Part shown: in pieces, positions 51,747 to 64,000 of the stretch
How positions within the stretch are numbered: the first letter of the stretch is position 1
Layout: each line of letters opens with the position of its first letter
From: Mobula hypostoma
Lineage: Eukaryota
DNA length: 64,000 nucleotides
Direction: 5' to 3'
Assembly: GCF_963921235.1 (NCBI RefSeq)
Contig: NC_086097.1
Span: forward strand, 49,540,001 to 49,604,000
Position numbers and translations under genes: made by a program
Notes under the pieces: model-generated
What the model saw: the letters and a program-made list of their open reading frames with translations, nothing else
Database searches by the model: none
What the model was told of the DNA's origin: nothing

Positions 51747-54700
51747 TCAGAACCCAGCCTTCCCTCCATACCCCCTGACCCCTGTAGCCACAAGGGCCAT
51801 ATCTAACTCCCTCTTAAACATAGCCAATGAACTGGCCTCAACTGTTTGCTGTGGCAGAGAATTCCACAGATTCACCACTCTCTGTGTGAAGAAGTTTTTC
51901 CTAATCTCGGTCCTAAAAGGCTTCCCCTCTATCCTCAAACTGTGACCCCTCGTTCTGGACCTCCCCAACATCGGGAACAATCTTCCCGCATCTAGCCTGT
52001 CCAATCCCTTTAGGATCTTATACATTTCAATCAGATCCCCCCTCAATCTTCTAAATTCCAACGAGTACAAGCCCAGTTCATCCAGTCTTTCATCATATGA
52101 AAGACCTGCCATCCCAGGAATCAATCTGGTGAACCTTCTTTGTACTCCCTCTATGGCAAAGATGTCTTTCCTCAGATTAGGAGACCAAAACTGCACACAA
52201 TACTCCAGGTGTGGTCTCACCAAGGCCTTGTACAACTGCAGTAGTACCTCCCTGCTCCTGTACTCGAATCCTCTCGCTATAAATGCCAGCATACCGTTCG
52301 CCTTTTTCACCGCCTGCTGTACCTGCATGCCCACTTTCAATGACTGGTGTATAATGACACCCAGGTCTCGTTGCACCTCCCCTTTTCCTAATCGGCCACC
52401 ATTCAGATAATAATCTGTTTTCCTATTTTTGCCACCAAAGTGGATAACTTCACATTTATCCACATTAAATTGCATCTGCCATGAGTTTGCCCACTCACCC
52501 AACCTATCCAAGTCACCCTGCATCCTCTTAGCATCCTCCTCACTGCTAACACTGCCACCCAGCTTCGTGTCATCCGCAAACTTGGAGATGCTGCATTTAA
52601 TTCCCTCATCCAAGTCATTAATATATATTGTAAACAACTGGGGTCCCAGCACTGAGCCTTGCGGTACCCCACTAGTCACCGCCTGCCATTCTGAAAAGGT
52701 CCCGTTTATTCCCACTCTTTGCTTCCTGTCTGCTAACCAATTCTCCACCCACACCAATACCTTACCCCCAATACCGTGTGCTTTAAGTTTGCACACTAAT
52801 CTCCTGTGTGGGACCTTGTCAAAAGCCTTTTGAAAATCCAAATATACCACATCCACTGGTTCTCCCCTATCCACTCTACTAGTTACATCCTCAAAAAATT
52901 CTGAGATTCGTTAGACATGATTTTCCTTTCACAAATCCATGCTGACTTTGTCCGATCATTTCACCGCTTTCCAAATGTGCTGTTATCACATCCTTGATAA
53001 CTGACTCCAGCAGTTTCCCCACCACCGACGTTAGGCTAACCGGCCTATAATTCCCCGGTTTCTCTCTCCCTCCTTTTTTAAAAAGTGGGGTTACATTAGC
53101 CACCCTCCAATCCTCAGGAACTAGTCCAGAATCTAACGAGTTTTGAAAAATTATCACTAATGCATCCACTATTTCTTGGGCTACTTCCTTAAGCACTCTG
53201 GGATGCAGACCATCTGGCCCTGGGGATTTATCTGCCTTCAATCCCTTCAATTTACCTAACACCACTTCCCTACTAACATGTATTTCACTCAGTTCCTCCA
53301 TCTCACTGGACCCTCTGTCCCTTACTATTTCTGGAAGATTATTTATGTCCTCCTTAGTGAAGACAGAACCAAAGTAATTATTCAATTGGTCTGCCATGTC
53401 CTTGCTCCCCATAATCAATTCACCTGTTTCTGTCTGCAGGGGACCTACATTTGTCTTTATCAGTCTTTTCCTTTTTACATATCTATAAAAGCTTTTACAG
53501 TCCGTTTTTATGTTCTCTGCCAGTTTTCTCTCATAATCTTTTTTCCCCTTCCTAATTAAGCCCTTTGTCCTCCTCTGCTGAACTCTGAATTTCTCCCAGT
53601 CCTCAGGTGAGCCACTTTCTCTGGATAATTTGTATGCTACTTCTTTGGAATTGATACTATCCCTAATTTCTCTTGTCAGCCACGGGTGCACTACCTTCCT
53701 TGATTTATTCTTTTGCCAAACTGGGATGAACAATTGTTGTAGTTCATCCATGCAACCTTTAAATGCTTGCCATTGCATATCCACCGTCAATCCTTTAAGT
53801 GTCATTTGCCAGTCTATCTTAGCTAATTCACGTCTCATACCTTCAAAGTTACCCCTCTTTAAGTTCAGAACCTTTGTTTCTGAATTAACTATGTCACTCT
53901 CCATGTTAATGAAGAATTCCACCATATTATGGTCACTCTTACCCAAGGGGCCTCTCACGACAAGATCGCTAATTAACCCTTCCTCATTGCTCAAAACCCA
54001 GTCCAGAATAGCCTGCTCTCTAGTCGGTTCCTCGACATGTTGGTTCAAAAAACCATCCCGCATACATTCCAAGAAATCCTCTTCCTCAGCACCTTTACCA
54101 ATTTGGTTCACCCAGTCTACATGTAGATTGAAGTCACCCATTATAACTGCTGTTCCTTTATTGCACACATTTCTAATTTCCTGTTTAATACCATCTCCGA
54201 CCTCACTACTACTGTTAGGTGGCCTGTACACAACTCCCACCAGCGTCTTCTGCCCCTTAGTGTTACGCAGCTCTACCCATATCGATTCCACATCTTCCCG
54301 GCTTATGTCCTTCCTTTCTATTGCGTTAATCTCTTTTTTAACCAGCAACGCCACCCCACCTCCCCTTCCTTCATGTCTATCCCTCCTGAATATTGAATAT
54401 CCCTGAACGTTGAGCTCCCATCCCTGGTCACCCTGGAGCCATGTCTCTGTGATCCCAACTATATCATAATCATTAATAACAATCTGCACTTTCAATTCAT
54501 CCACCTTATTACGAATGCTCCTTGCATTGACACATAAAGCCTTCAGGCGCTCTTTTACAACTCTCTTAGCCCTTTTCAATGCTTGCCCTGGATTTGTCGG
54601 CCTGCCACTTTTACTTTTCTCCTTTGTACTTTTTGCTTCTACGCTCACTTTACACCCCTCTGTCTCTCTGCACTGGTTCCCATCCCTCTGTTGTGAACTA

Positions 54701-54759
54701 ACCTCCTCACGCCTAGCCTCTTTAATTTGATTCCCACCCCCCAACCATTCTAGTTTAAA
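51747..54759 (-). pseudogene. CR1 ORF2 (APE endonuclease plus reverse transcriptase), broken by one frameshift near 52900
   Basis: NARSI, ITETW, YRPP, GDFN and SDH (endonuclease); YRPVSL, LDFQKAFD, GVPQGSVLGP and FADD (RT); split between the 617-aa and 375-aa ORFs. Confidence 0.92.
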
Positions 54760-55685
54760 GTCACCTCAGTAGCCCCCGCTAATCTCCCTGCCAGGATATT
54801 GGTCCCCCTAGGATTCAAGTGTAACCCGTCCTTTTTGTACAGGTCACGCCTGCACCAATAGAGGTCCCAATGATCCAAAAACTTGAATCCCTGCCCCCTG
54901 CTCCAATCCCTCAGCCACGCATTTATCCTCCACCTCATCGCATTCCTACTCTCACTGTCACGTGGCACAGGCAGTAATCCCGAGATTACTACCTTTGCGG
55001 TCCTTTTTCTCAACTCCCTTCCTAGCTCCCTATATTCTTCTTTCAGGACCTCATCCCTTTTCCTACCTATGTCATTGGTACCTATATGTACCACGACCTC
55101 TGGCTCCTCACCCTCCCACTTCAGGATATCTTGGACACGATCAGAAATATCCCGGACCCTGGCACCAGGGAGGCAAACTACCATCCGGGTCTCTGGACTG
55201 CGTCCACAGAATCGTCTATCTGACCCCCTTACTATCGAGTCCCCTATCACAACTGCCCTCCTCTTCCTTGCCCTACCCTTCTGAGCTACAGGGCCAGACT
55301 CTGTGCCGGAGGCAGGGCCACTGTCGCTTCCCCCCGGTAAGCTGTCCCCTCCAACAGTACTCAAACAGGAGTACCTGTTGTTAAGGGGCACAGCCACCGG
55401 GGTACTCCCCATCACCTGCCTTTTCCCCTTCCCCTTCCTAACTGTGACCCACTTGTCTGCCTCCCGTGGCCCCGGCGTGACCACCTGCCTTCCACTCCTC
55501 TCTATCACCTCCTCGCTCTCCCTGACCAGACGAAGGTCATCGAGCTGCAGCTCCAGTTCCGTAACGCGGTCCCTTAGGAGCTGCATCTCGATGCACTTGG
55601 CGCAGATGTAGACGTCCGGGAGGCTTGGAGACTCCAGGGCCTCCCACATCCGACGCCGAGAACAGCAAACTGCCCTCACAGTCAT
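54750..55685 (-). CDS. CR1 ORF1p: zinc finger / leucine zipper plus SGNH esterase domain
   Basis: YICAKC and a leucine-zipper-like LRDRVTELELQL; SGNH blocks GDSIVR, HIGTND and DGLHLN; first ATG at 55685. Confidence 0.88.
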   Translation of the reverse strand: MTVRAVCCSRRRMWEALESPSLPDVYICAKCIEMQLLRDRVTELELQLDDLRLVRESEEVIERSGRQVVTPGPREADKWVTVRKGKGKRQVMGSTPVAVPLNNRYSCLSTVGGDSLPGGSDSGPASGTESGPVAQKGRARKRRAVVIGDSIVRGSDRRFCGRSPETRMVVCLPGARVRDISDRVQDILKWEGEEPEVVVHIGTNDIGRKRDEVLKEEYRELGRELRKRTAKVVISGLLPVPRDSESRNAMRWRINAWLRDWSRGQGFKFLDHWDLYWCRRDLYKKDGLHLNPRGTNILAGRLAGATEVTLN

Positions 55686-56194
55686 AATGCCCCTCTCCTC
55701 AAATAGCAACAGAAAATGAATGTCAAACCTTCCTCGCCTCGCCCGCTTCCGCCTAAGCCCGGTGAGCCGAAGCCCTTAAGTCTTCACTCTGCTCCCGGCT
55801 CACTCCGCCGCCCGCAAACTACGCTGCCCGCTCTATGAGGCTCTGTTCCTTTTAAATCTGCCGCGCTGCACTGCCCGACGTCACACGCCTGCGCAGTCCC
55901 GCCTCTTAGAAAGCCGTTGGAGAAAAAAAAAAACGAAAATTTCAAAAATCTCTTTCTCGGCACTCCCACTCAGACTCTCAGACTCCTTCTTCAAGATGGA
56001 GTGATCTCCTACTGCACTTGTTGGGCCACGGTGGCAAAAGTCCTTGGGCAATGTAGTTCTGAGGGCTCTTTCCATCTGCCTCCCCCTGCCCACATGAATC
56101 TAATACTGTTCAGCAGTAAGAACCTTTCCTCCTGTTAAAGCTTTGCATTTAAATGTATCATGATATGAAGTTAAGAATAATTCATTTTTTGACG

Positions 56195-58200
56195 TGGAGT
56201 GTCTAAGTAGCAGGCTGCACGTACCTGGGTGACTGTTAGGAGAGGGAAAAGAGATGGGCAGCCAGTGCAGAGTAGCCCTATGTCCATTCCCCTCAATAAA
56301 TGTACATTTGTGGGGTCGGGGGAGGAAATGACCTATCAGGGGGAGCCTCTATGACTAGGTGTCTGTTGCTGTCTTGCCCTGAAGGGAAGAGGAGAGAAGA
56401 CTGTGGAAGTGATGGGGATTCCATAGTTCAACTAAACACAAGATTCTGTGGACAAAATAGAGACATTCAGATGCCTCAGATTGGGTGCACGGCATTCAAA
56501 AGGGGGAGGGTGAGCAGCCAGAAATCTTGGTACATATTGGCTACCCATGTCGTTGGTGCCAATAAATATCGGACGATACAAAGTTTCTTCAGATATATAG
56601 AGAGAAGAGTGGATATTGGACTGCTGGAAAATAACACTCTAGATGTAATGGGTGACAACAAAGTGGCAGATGAACTAAGTTTTTTGCATCATTCTTCACT
56701 ATGGAAGACTAGCGGTATGCTGGAAGTTTGAGTGTCGGGTCAGAAGTTGCTCTTGCTAGGAAGAAGGTTCTTGGGAAGCTGAAAAGTCTGAAGATAGATA
56801 TGTGACCCCAGGGTTCTGAAAGGAGAAGCTGAAGAGTTTGTTGAGACATTAGTATTAATCTTTAAAGAATCACTAGATTCTGGAAGACTAGAAAATTGCA
56901 AATGACACTCCATCCTTCAAAAGGGAGGGAGGCAGAACGAAGTTACAAGAGGCAACTTAGCCTGAACTCGCTAGTTGGGAAGAACCAATTATTAAGGATG
57001 AGATTTCAAGGTACTTGGAGGCACATAGTAAAATCTGAGTCAGCAAGGTTTCCTCAAGGGAGAATCTTGTCTGACAAATCTGTTGTGATTCTTTTGAGGA
57101 AATAACAAGCAGGATAGATGAAGAATTGTTGGATGTCATGAACCTGGATTTTCAAAAGGCCTTTGACAGTGTGCCACAAATGAGGCTGCTTAGCGAGATA
57201 AGAGTCCCTGGTATTACAAGAAAGATGCTAGCAAAGATAGAGCATCAGCTGATTGGCAGGAACCAACGAAGGGGGATAAAATGAGCCTTTTGTAATTGGC
57301 TGACAGTGATTCGTGGTGTTCAGCAGAGGTCAGTGTTGGTACTGCTTGTTTGTCAGTGTTTGGATGATGGAATTGATGGCTTTGTGGCCAAGTTTGTGGA
57401 TGATATGAAATGGGTGGAGGGGCAGCTGGTGTTGAGGTAGCAGAGACTTGAGAAGGACTTGAACAGACAAGGAGAATCGGCAAAGAAATAGCTGATGGAA
57501 TACACTGTTAGGAAGTGTATGATCATTCACTTTGGTAGAAGGAATAAAAGCAGTCTGTATTCTGAACACAGGAAATTCAAATCTCGGATACAAGGGGACT
57601 TGCGAGTCCCTGTGCAGGCATCAGTAAAGGTTAACTTGTAGGTTGAGTCAGTGGTGAAGAAGGCAAATGCAATTTTGCCATTCATTGAGAGGACTAGAAA
57701 TGGATGTAATACTGAAGCTCTATGGCAATGGCAAGACCTCACTTGGCGTACTGGGAGCTCTTTTAGGCCCTTAATTTAAAAGAATGGAGAGGATTCAAAG
57801 GGAGTTAATAAATGATTCTAGGAATGAAAGGCTTATATGAAGTGTTTGATGGTTCTGGACCTGTACTTGCTGGAATTTAGAAGAATAAGTGGTGGATCTC
57901 ATTGAAACCTATCAAATATTAAAAGGCCTAGACAGTGGATGTGGAGAGAATGTTTCCCAAGGTGGAGGAGTCTAGGAGGGCAGAACTTGAGAATTTAGAA
58001 CAAATGAGGAGAAATTTTAGCCCAGTGGCTGATGAATCTGTGGAATTTGCTGCCACAGGTGGCTGTGGAGGCCAGGTCATTGGGTAAGGTGGAGGTTGAT
58101 AGTTCCTGATGAAAAGTTGCGAGGAGAATGGATCAGCCATAATGAAATGGCAGAGCAGAACTTGATGTGTTGAATGACCTAATTCTGCTCCTAAGTTTAG
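56195..58200 (+). mobile_element. Old, degraded, internally deleted CR1-like LINE
   Basis: Fragments resembling the neighbouring element: WVTVRRGK and GDSIV (ORF1), LDFQKAFD, KF(V)DD and the 3' UTR; many stops. Confidence 0.8.
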
Positions 58201-58851
58201 TCTTCAGCAAACTAGGAATCCCATTCATATGAATGAGGACTGATCGTTTAGCAAGCTAAGACAGTTCTGCTACTGGTCTCCAGATGAAGTCCAATGTTGA
58301 AACAGGGTGACGCTAGTTTTTCTTTGCTGAAATTTGCATTAAACTTTGAGTAGATTGAAGGTTGATAGTTGAGGCCTTCCTTTTCAGTGACTACTTTAAG
58401 ATTAGCTACTGAACATGCAGAACTCTCCGGTTTAACTTTTCTTGTCTCATGGCATATACTTCAACCTGTTGAGTGAATGCTACCAATAACTTACTACTTC
58501 TAGATTTGATGCCAAGCACTTGCAGGAAGTGCACTATATTAGAATTGGGTTTATTATCACCGGCATGTGATGTGAAATTTGTTAACTTAATAGCAGCAGT
58601 TCAATGAAATACATATTCTAGCAGAAAAAAATTAATAAATAAACAAGTAAATCAGTTGCATATATTGAATAGATTTTTTTTAAGTGCAAAAACAAATACT
58701 ATATATTTAAAAAAAAATGAGGTGTCCAGAGCTTCAATGTCCATTTAAGAATCGGATGGTGTGAATTAGTTGTGGAATATCATGACCGCTAAAAACAAAA
58801 CTGAATAATGAGCGCTTCTCTTGTACTAACTGAATTTTTCTCCACTTTCAG

Positions 58852-58900
58852 TTATAATGATGCTGAGGACAAAGTGTTCTGCTATGACTGTGTCTCGTGA
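58852..58900 (+). CDS. SIVA1: SIVA1 exon 4 (DYNDAEDKVFCYDCVS*)
   Basis: TACTAAC branch point and tttcag acceptor; final CxxC; TGA at 58898-58900; AATAAA at 59025-59030; spliced CDS is 546 nt. Confidence 0.92.
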
Positions 58901-59943
58901 AAGCAACATGTTGGAAGATTTGTGGACTTTTGTATGGGGAATTTATCACATTAAGTGATTTCCACTTGTGTATAAATGGAAGCAATTCTGCAGTGTAATA
59001 TACTGTTTTAATTTTGTATTTTGTAATAAAGTTTTTTAACTGTTTGCAAAACTTTACTGTTAGGTACACACTTGTTCTCTAACAAATGAAGAAAAATATT
59101 CATCAACTTTTACTTTAGTGTTGGTGTTTGCATACAGCAGAATGCATGGGTTGGGGATGGGTATTTCCCTCTAATAGTTAGTCTAATTACTGATCTGGTC
59201 TAACAGGTTCAAAGTAGCTGTGCAGAAAAACTGCCTGGGACTTTGCAGATCTTGTCAGTTTTTTCTGTATTAATGGATATGACAATTAATACTCATTATA
59301 ATTAAAAATGGAATTACAGAGTTGGTTGTTTAAGAGTTGGTTGAATTTCAGACCTGGTGAGTTTCAAGGGGTGCTATTGGTGTTTTTTGAGCAAATTTGT
59401 ACAGTATCAGTCTGCTGTAACAGATGAAAATACTTATTGAAGGATGGAAGTCTTTGACCAAGGTGCAACTGAATGTTGGATAGCTATTGAAATATTCAAA
59501 GTATTCACCAATTACTTCAGTCTTTTTTAATTTGCAAAATGACTGCATTGCCAAATCTCTAGAAACAAAGCAAGTTGTATGAATGAAATTAACCCCACCC
59601 CCACACTTTGCAAGCCCAAATCCATCATCTCCTGCTTTATGGACCTTCAAAACCATCATTGCTTTCAATTTCTGGAGATTGGCTCTGGTCTATCTCATTA
59701 CAAGTGTCAATCAGGAATTTAATGAAATTAGTATAGTACTAAAATTAACTTCAAATTGGTAAAACCGCTTCTCATGCATTCTGCCTTAAACCCATGGTTT
59801 TGTGGTCATTGAGCAAGTTTATGGAGATGGAGTGATGACTCTTTGCAGTTAAAGTATCCTGCAGGTTAAGTCTGCTTCAGTGTTATAAAAGGATGGTCAG
59901 TAATAGGATTTTATTTTGAATGGGTGCTAAAGCACTAAATGCA

Positions 59944-60048
59944 TTCCTTTAGGAAGAGCCATGGAGTTGGGACTAATGTTCCTTAGGAAGAGCCATGGAG
60001 TTGGGACTAATGTTCCTCAGGAAGAGCCATGGAGTTGGGACTAATGTT
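59944..60048. repeat. Minisatellite, 3 x 34 bp (TTCCTTAGGAAGAGCCATGGAGTTGGGACTAATG)
   Basis: Three nearly identical head-to-tail units. Confidence 0.95.
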
Positions 60049-61599
60049 GCTGATGGTAAAGCAGCACTGTTCTCACACCTTTGTGCCTGCTTGGTTCAGG
60101 TGTTTGTTTCTTTACTAGAAAATGTAAATGCCACTTGGAATAATTATCAACATTAATTGTTTTAGTTAATATGAAAACATTTTTTAACCGAGCTGGCCCA
60201 CATCGGTACATAATTTACCCTATCCTCTCTCTGAATTGGTGTAGCATCTGAGTGGGAAAACAATTGCTAAAATGTGAGACGTGAGAGGAGATTCAACAGT
60301 TCAGGTTTTTCAAGCTGCACTTTCTTGCCACTAGAGTGTAGTAGTAAGCTACAAATAACACCTTGAATTGAATTAGAGCTTAAGACACTGATCATTTGCT
60401 ACACGCTAGTTCAAAACTAATGCCTTTAACCTGGCTGTAAGATACTTGGCAACCATAGCAATTCAATTGAGATTTTTTTGGGGGGGTATTTGGTAATATC
60501 TACATGTGAAGCTGCTCATATGTATTGACATGATTGGGAGATGAACAGCCTAAAAGGATTAAGGCTACTTAACCCTCTGTTTTAGTGATATTTTGACTTG
60601 GATCCAGTGCCGATTTTGTCAAATGTGCAGATTTGAATATTGTAGACTTAAAGTAATGAAATGTTGCAACATATTAATAGCTTTTTTAGTGTTTAAATGC
60701 AAATTTAACATTACTGTATTTATTTTGTAAGTAATTTTAAATTGGACATTTAATTCATCTAAGCCACTTTATAAATGAGCTAAAAATTCAATCTGTTATG
60801 AACTTGTAATCTCTGAATTCAGTGTAATTGTAGGAAACTAACTTTATGTTTGTTAAATAAGTAGCAGATTAAGGAATAACATTGTCTCAATTTTAGACTG
60901 AGTAAGGTTAGACTTCATCCTTCTGAACTTCTACTGTTTTTTATCTTGATTTTAAGTCTGCTGTCCTAAATGACCATATGAGTTGGAACACATCTATGCA
61001 CTGAATATCTTGACTATTGTTTACTTTAATTGGCTTTTTAAATTCTTAGATTCTTTTAATAAAGTAAACTTTTACCTATAGAGTACTGACTTTTGCAATT
61101 ACAACCCCTCTTTAAAGGGGAATTGTATCTGAGATTTCAATAAAGCACTTTTATTATACTGGTAAATGTTGAGGGCAGTTACAGACTTGTGCTTCAAATA
61201 GTTCTTGAGTACAATTGATTACTCACTGCCCACTTGAAATAAAGTTCCTGTCAAGTTATTTGAAGATTATCCATTCTATAGTATGCCAAACTGAACTGGT
61301 ACCTCAATATTATATTCCACAATAGCCCTTGTCCTCCATTTTTGGGTAAAGAAAGGGTAAATCACAAGCCTAAAGAAAGCTGACATACAAAGTTAAACAA
61401 TGGTTTTTAGCAAATAAAACAGCAGAGGTGTTTTAAGGGAAACTAACAACTCCTTTATTCTCCACCAAACACAACATTTTTTTAAAAAAACTTTCATCAG
61501 AACAGCCTCTTAAAGTGAACCCAAGTTCAATTTCAATGGTTGTAAATTATGGCTGGCTTGGGTCCTACTTTCTTTGGGTGGAGTAACAGCAGATGCCTC

Positions 61600-64000
61600 T
61601 GGCTAGGCCAGAGATGTGTTGACATTTGGTCATGTCATGATGCTGGGGCATGGTAGTAGAATCCTCCACATCCAGATTTACCCCTCCTATCTATGACAAG
61701 ACTTTTTCCTGTTCTGAAACAGAATAAGGGAATCTGAGGGGATGTTGGAGCCACAGCAGATGATCATGCCTCGTCCATCAGGGAAGCTCTCGGAGCAGCC
61801 TTTAAGGAGCAGTGAAGCAGTGCAGGTGATATGCCATGGTGTGATTATAGCCTAACGGGTTATGGGCCATTGCAACCCAGAGGTCTGATGTGAATTTGGG
61901 ACCATGGTCAGAGGAAATAAGAGATGGGGTGCCAAAGCTAGTAAGCCAGGTGCTGATGATTGTCTGACTATGCCTGTGGCCATCACTGATGCTGAAGGGC
62001 TGACCTTGGGCCACCGTGCTAATTGTGAAACTGCAGGAGGGGGTAGAGTACCAAGCAGGTTCACACTAATGTGGTCAAGCCCAAAGGTGCCTTAGAAAGG
62101 ATGCCAGTGGACAAAAATTAACCATGTTTGGGCAACATTGGCACATAAACTTAGTACAACTGGTTTCCATGAGGCCTTCCAGCCCAGATGCAACAGGCTG
62201 TGAATTAAGTTAAAAACAGTACGTCTCTGGTTAGCAGATACTATGGGACAAGGGCAACTGGTTGAGACATCACGCAGGAGAGAAGTCCCCGCTTCCTTGA
62301 ATTTAATATCAGCCAACTGCAGGCCCATGACTGTTGTTCAGTAAGCCTGCACCTCTAGGGCAGTAGTTTAGTCATATGGCATAGTCAACCCCAAAGTATA
62401 TGCCTCACAGCCAGTCAGTGAGGTCAGTCAGTATTATTCAGTTTTGTGAACCGGTTCCTCCAGCATTTTGTGTGTTAGTCTGATATATAGGCCAGGTGGC
62501 GTTGCTGCCATGCTGACCAAGGATCCGATATTTTGGCCATCATGTACATGAGGGGTTTGTGGTCAACAAATGCTGTGAAATGGCAACCCTCTAGTAGAAA
62601 ACAAAAATGGCAGACAGCCAGATAAAGACTGAGCAGCTCACGGTCAAACGTGCTGTACTTCCTTTCAGGACAGCTGCCAGCTGAAGAAGGTGAACGACTA
62701 CCACAAGCCTCCGACCAATTGTTTGTGCACAGCACCCACAACTTAGTCTGAAGCATCAGTAGTAATGGCTATAGGTGCATTGGGGAGTGGGTGTGGCAGA
62801 AGGGTCACTCTGCAGAGAGCTTGTTTGATGTCATCAAATGCTCTGGTCATGTCTACTGACCAGTCTAGCACGCAGTTAGGGGTATTGCCTTTACAAGAAC
62901 TATACAGCAGCTTGTGGAATGAAGTGGTGATAGAAATTCACCATACCTAAAAACATTTTTGGTAGTGTGGGGCAGTGGGAAATTCATAGTAGTGGAGACT
63001 TTTGATGGGAGGGGTTTCACACCTGCAGAGATGTGATGGCTGAGAAAAGTCAATGGTTGGAAGCCCAAACTGGCATTTAGCAGGATTAATAATCAACCCA
63101 TTTTGGCTTCAATGCTCAAAGTGTGCAGAATGTGATATGTGTTTGGATTTGGATGCACTGGCGACAAGTATGACATCCAGGTAAATTAAAAATATCTATG
63201 TCTTTTAGTACAGAGTCCATCAGCCTTTGGAAAGTCTGTGCTGCATTTTTCAGCCCAAACGGCATGCGCAGAAAATCAGAGGCCAAATGGGGTTATCACA
63301 GCCATTTTGGGAATGTCTTCTGAGCACACAGGAACCTGATGGTAGCCCCTAAGTCAGCTTTGACAACAATTTACTTTCCAGCTGAACATGTCAAAAAGTC
63401 TTGGATATGTGGAACCCGGTAACAATTGGGTGGTGACTTCGTTGAGGTGTCAGTAATCGTTGCATGGGTGGCAACCAACATTAGGCCTGGGGACTATGCG
63501 GAGGGGCAAGGCCCAGGGGCTATTTGATTAGAATACAATGCCAAGCCTTTCCAGTCGGCAAGCTCAGGCTTCGTGGTCGCCAGCTTTTTTGTGTCCAGTC
63601 TATGTGCGTGGGCATGGACCAGCGGGTCGGTTGTGAAACTGTGGTGCTCAAGCCCATGTTTTGTGACTGTAGTGGAGAATGTGGACTGGGTGAGGTTTGG
63701 AAGTTCACCCAGCAGGCAAGTAAACTCATATGGTTGTGAATGCAGTTGACAGAGTTGTTGTGGGGACCTTACTGGGGAAGCAGGGTACCCACCCAAAGTC
63801 CTTGACGTCCACAAGCCGGCAGTTAAGATAAATCAACAGTTCGTGGTCTCACGAGAAATCTGTACCAAGCAGTGGTCTAGCCACTTTAGCCACGTGTAAT
63901 GACACCCACTGAAGCAGAGTGTGTCACCCGTTGTGTCCATGACTCTGGATCCTGCCCCCATTGCCAGCCTCCAGAGAGGTTTCATCACTCTTTGCCTTCT
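61600..64000 (-). mobile_element. Decayed Ty3/Gypsy LTR retrotransposon pol (RT, RNase H, integrase), running off the window end
   Basis: MPFGLKNAAQTFQRLMDSVL and YLDV (about 63170-63265); ERKYSTFDRELLSLYLA and FVDHKPL; FGTPSLISSDHGPKFTS; many frameshifts. Confidence 0.88.

Larger units (their letters stand above)
51659..55992 (-). mobile_element. Full-length, young CR1-clade LINE in SIVA1 intron 3
   Basis: CpG-rich 5' UTR, ORF1, APE-RT ORF2 and a TTTCTATG-type 3' tail; possible 5-bp TSD AAGAT (51654-51658 / 55993-55997). Confidence 0.93.

Noticed and set aside
52129..55611. Several long plus-strand ORFs, up to 258 aa
   Set aside because: Antisense shadows of the CR1 ORFs.
58824..58830. Perfect TACTAAC branch point
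   Set aside because: An optimal but ordinary U2 branch site; used only as support for SIVA1 exon 4.
59944..60048. 34-bp direct repeats resembling a CRISPR array
   Set aside because: The units are head-to-tail with no spacers, there are no cas genes, and the context is vertebrate.

Overview
Repeat-rich vertebrate genomic DNA. The repeat families (Penelope-like, CR1, V-SINE) suggest a cartilaginous fish, probably a ray; this is inference. Two known genes lie on the + strand in the conserved order ADSS1-SIVA1: the last six coding exons of adenylosuccinate synthetase 1 (5380-24433) and the complete four-exon SIVA1 gene (44235-58900, 181 aa). Between them, on the - strand, I assembled by hand a phase-consistent spliced gene that I do not recognise (about 205 aa, 37924 down to 25430). 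It carries two copies of a P-x-D-x-Y-G-x-P-D-x-x-R-W-x-T-x-Y-x-x-x-Y-N repeat, which resembles the Mn motifs of ciliary or sperm microtubule inner proteins. It is head-to-head with SIVA1 and tail-to-tail with ADSS1. Introns hold many mobile elements: a nearly intact full-length CR1-type LINE with a U_UUA_AAC slippery site at the ORF1/ORF2 junction, many Penelope-like fragments with minimal hammerhead-ribozyme motifs, a twin-primed L1-like insertion, an RTE fragment, Tigger and Tc1 remnants, and a decayed Gypsy pol. Exon boundaries were read by eye; repeat boundaries are approximate.
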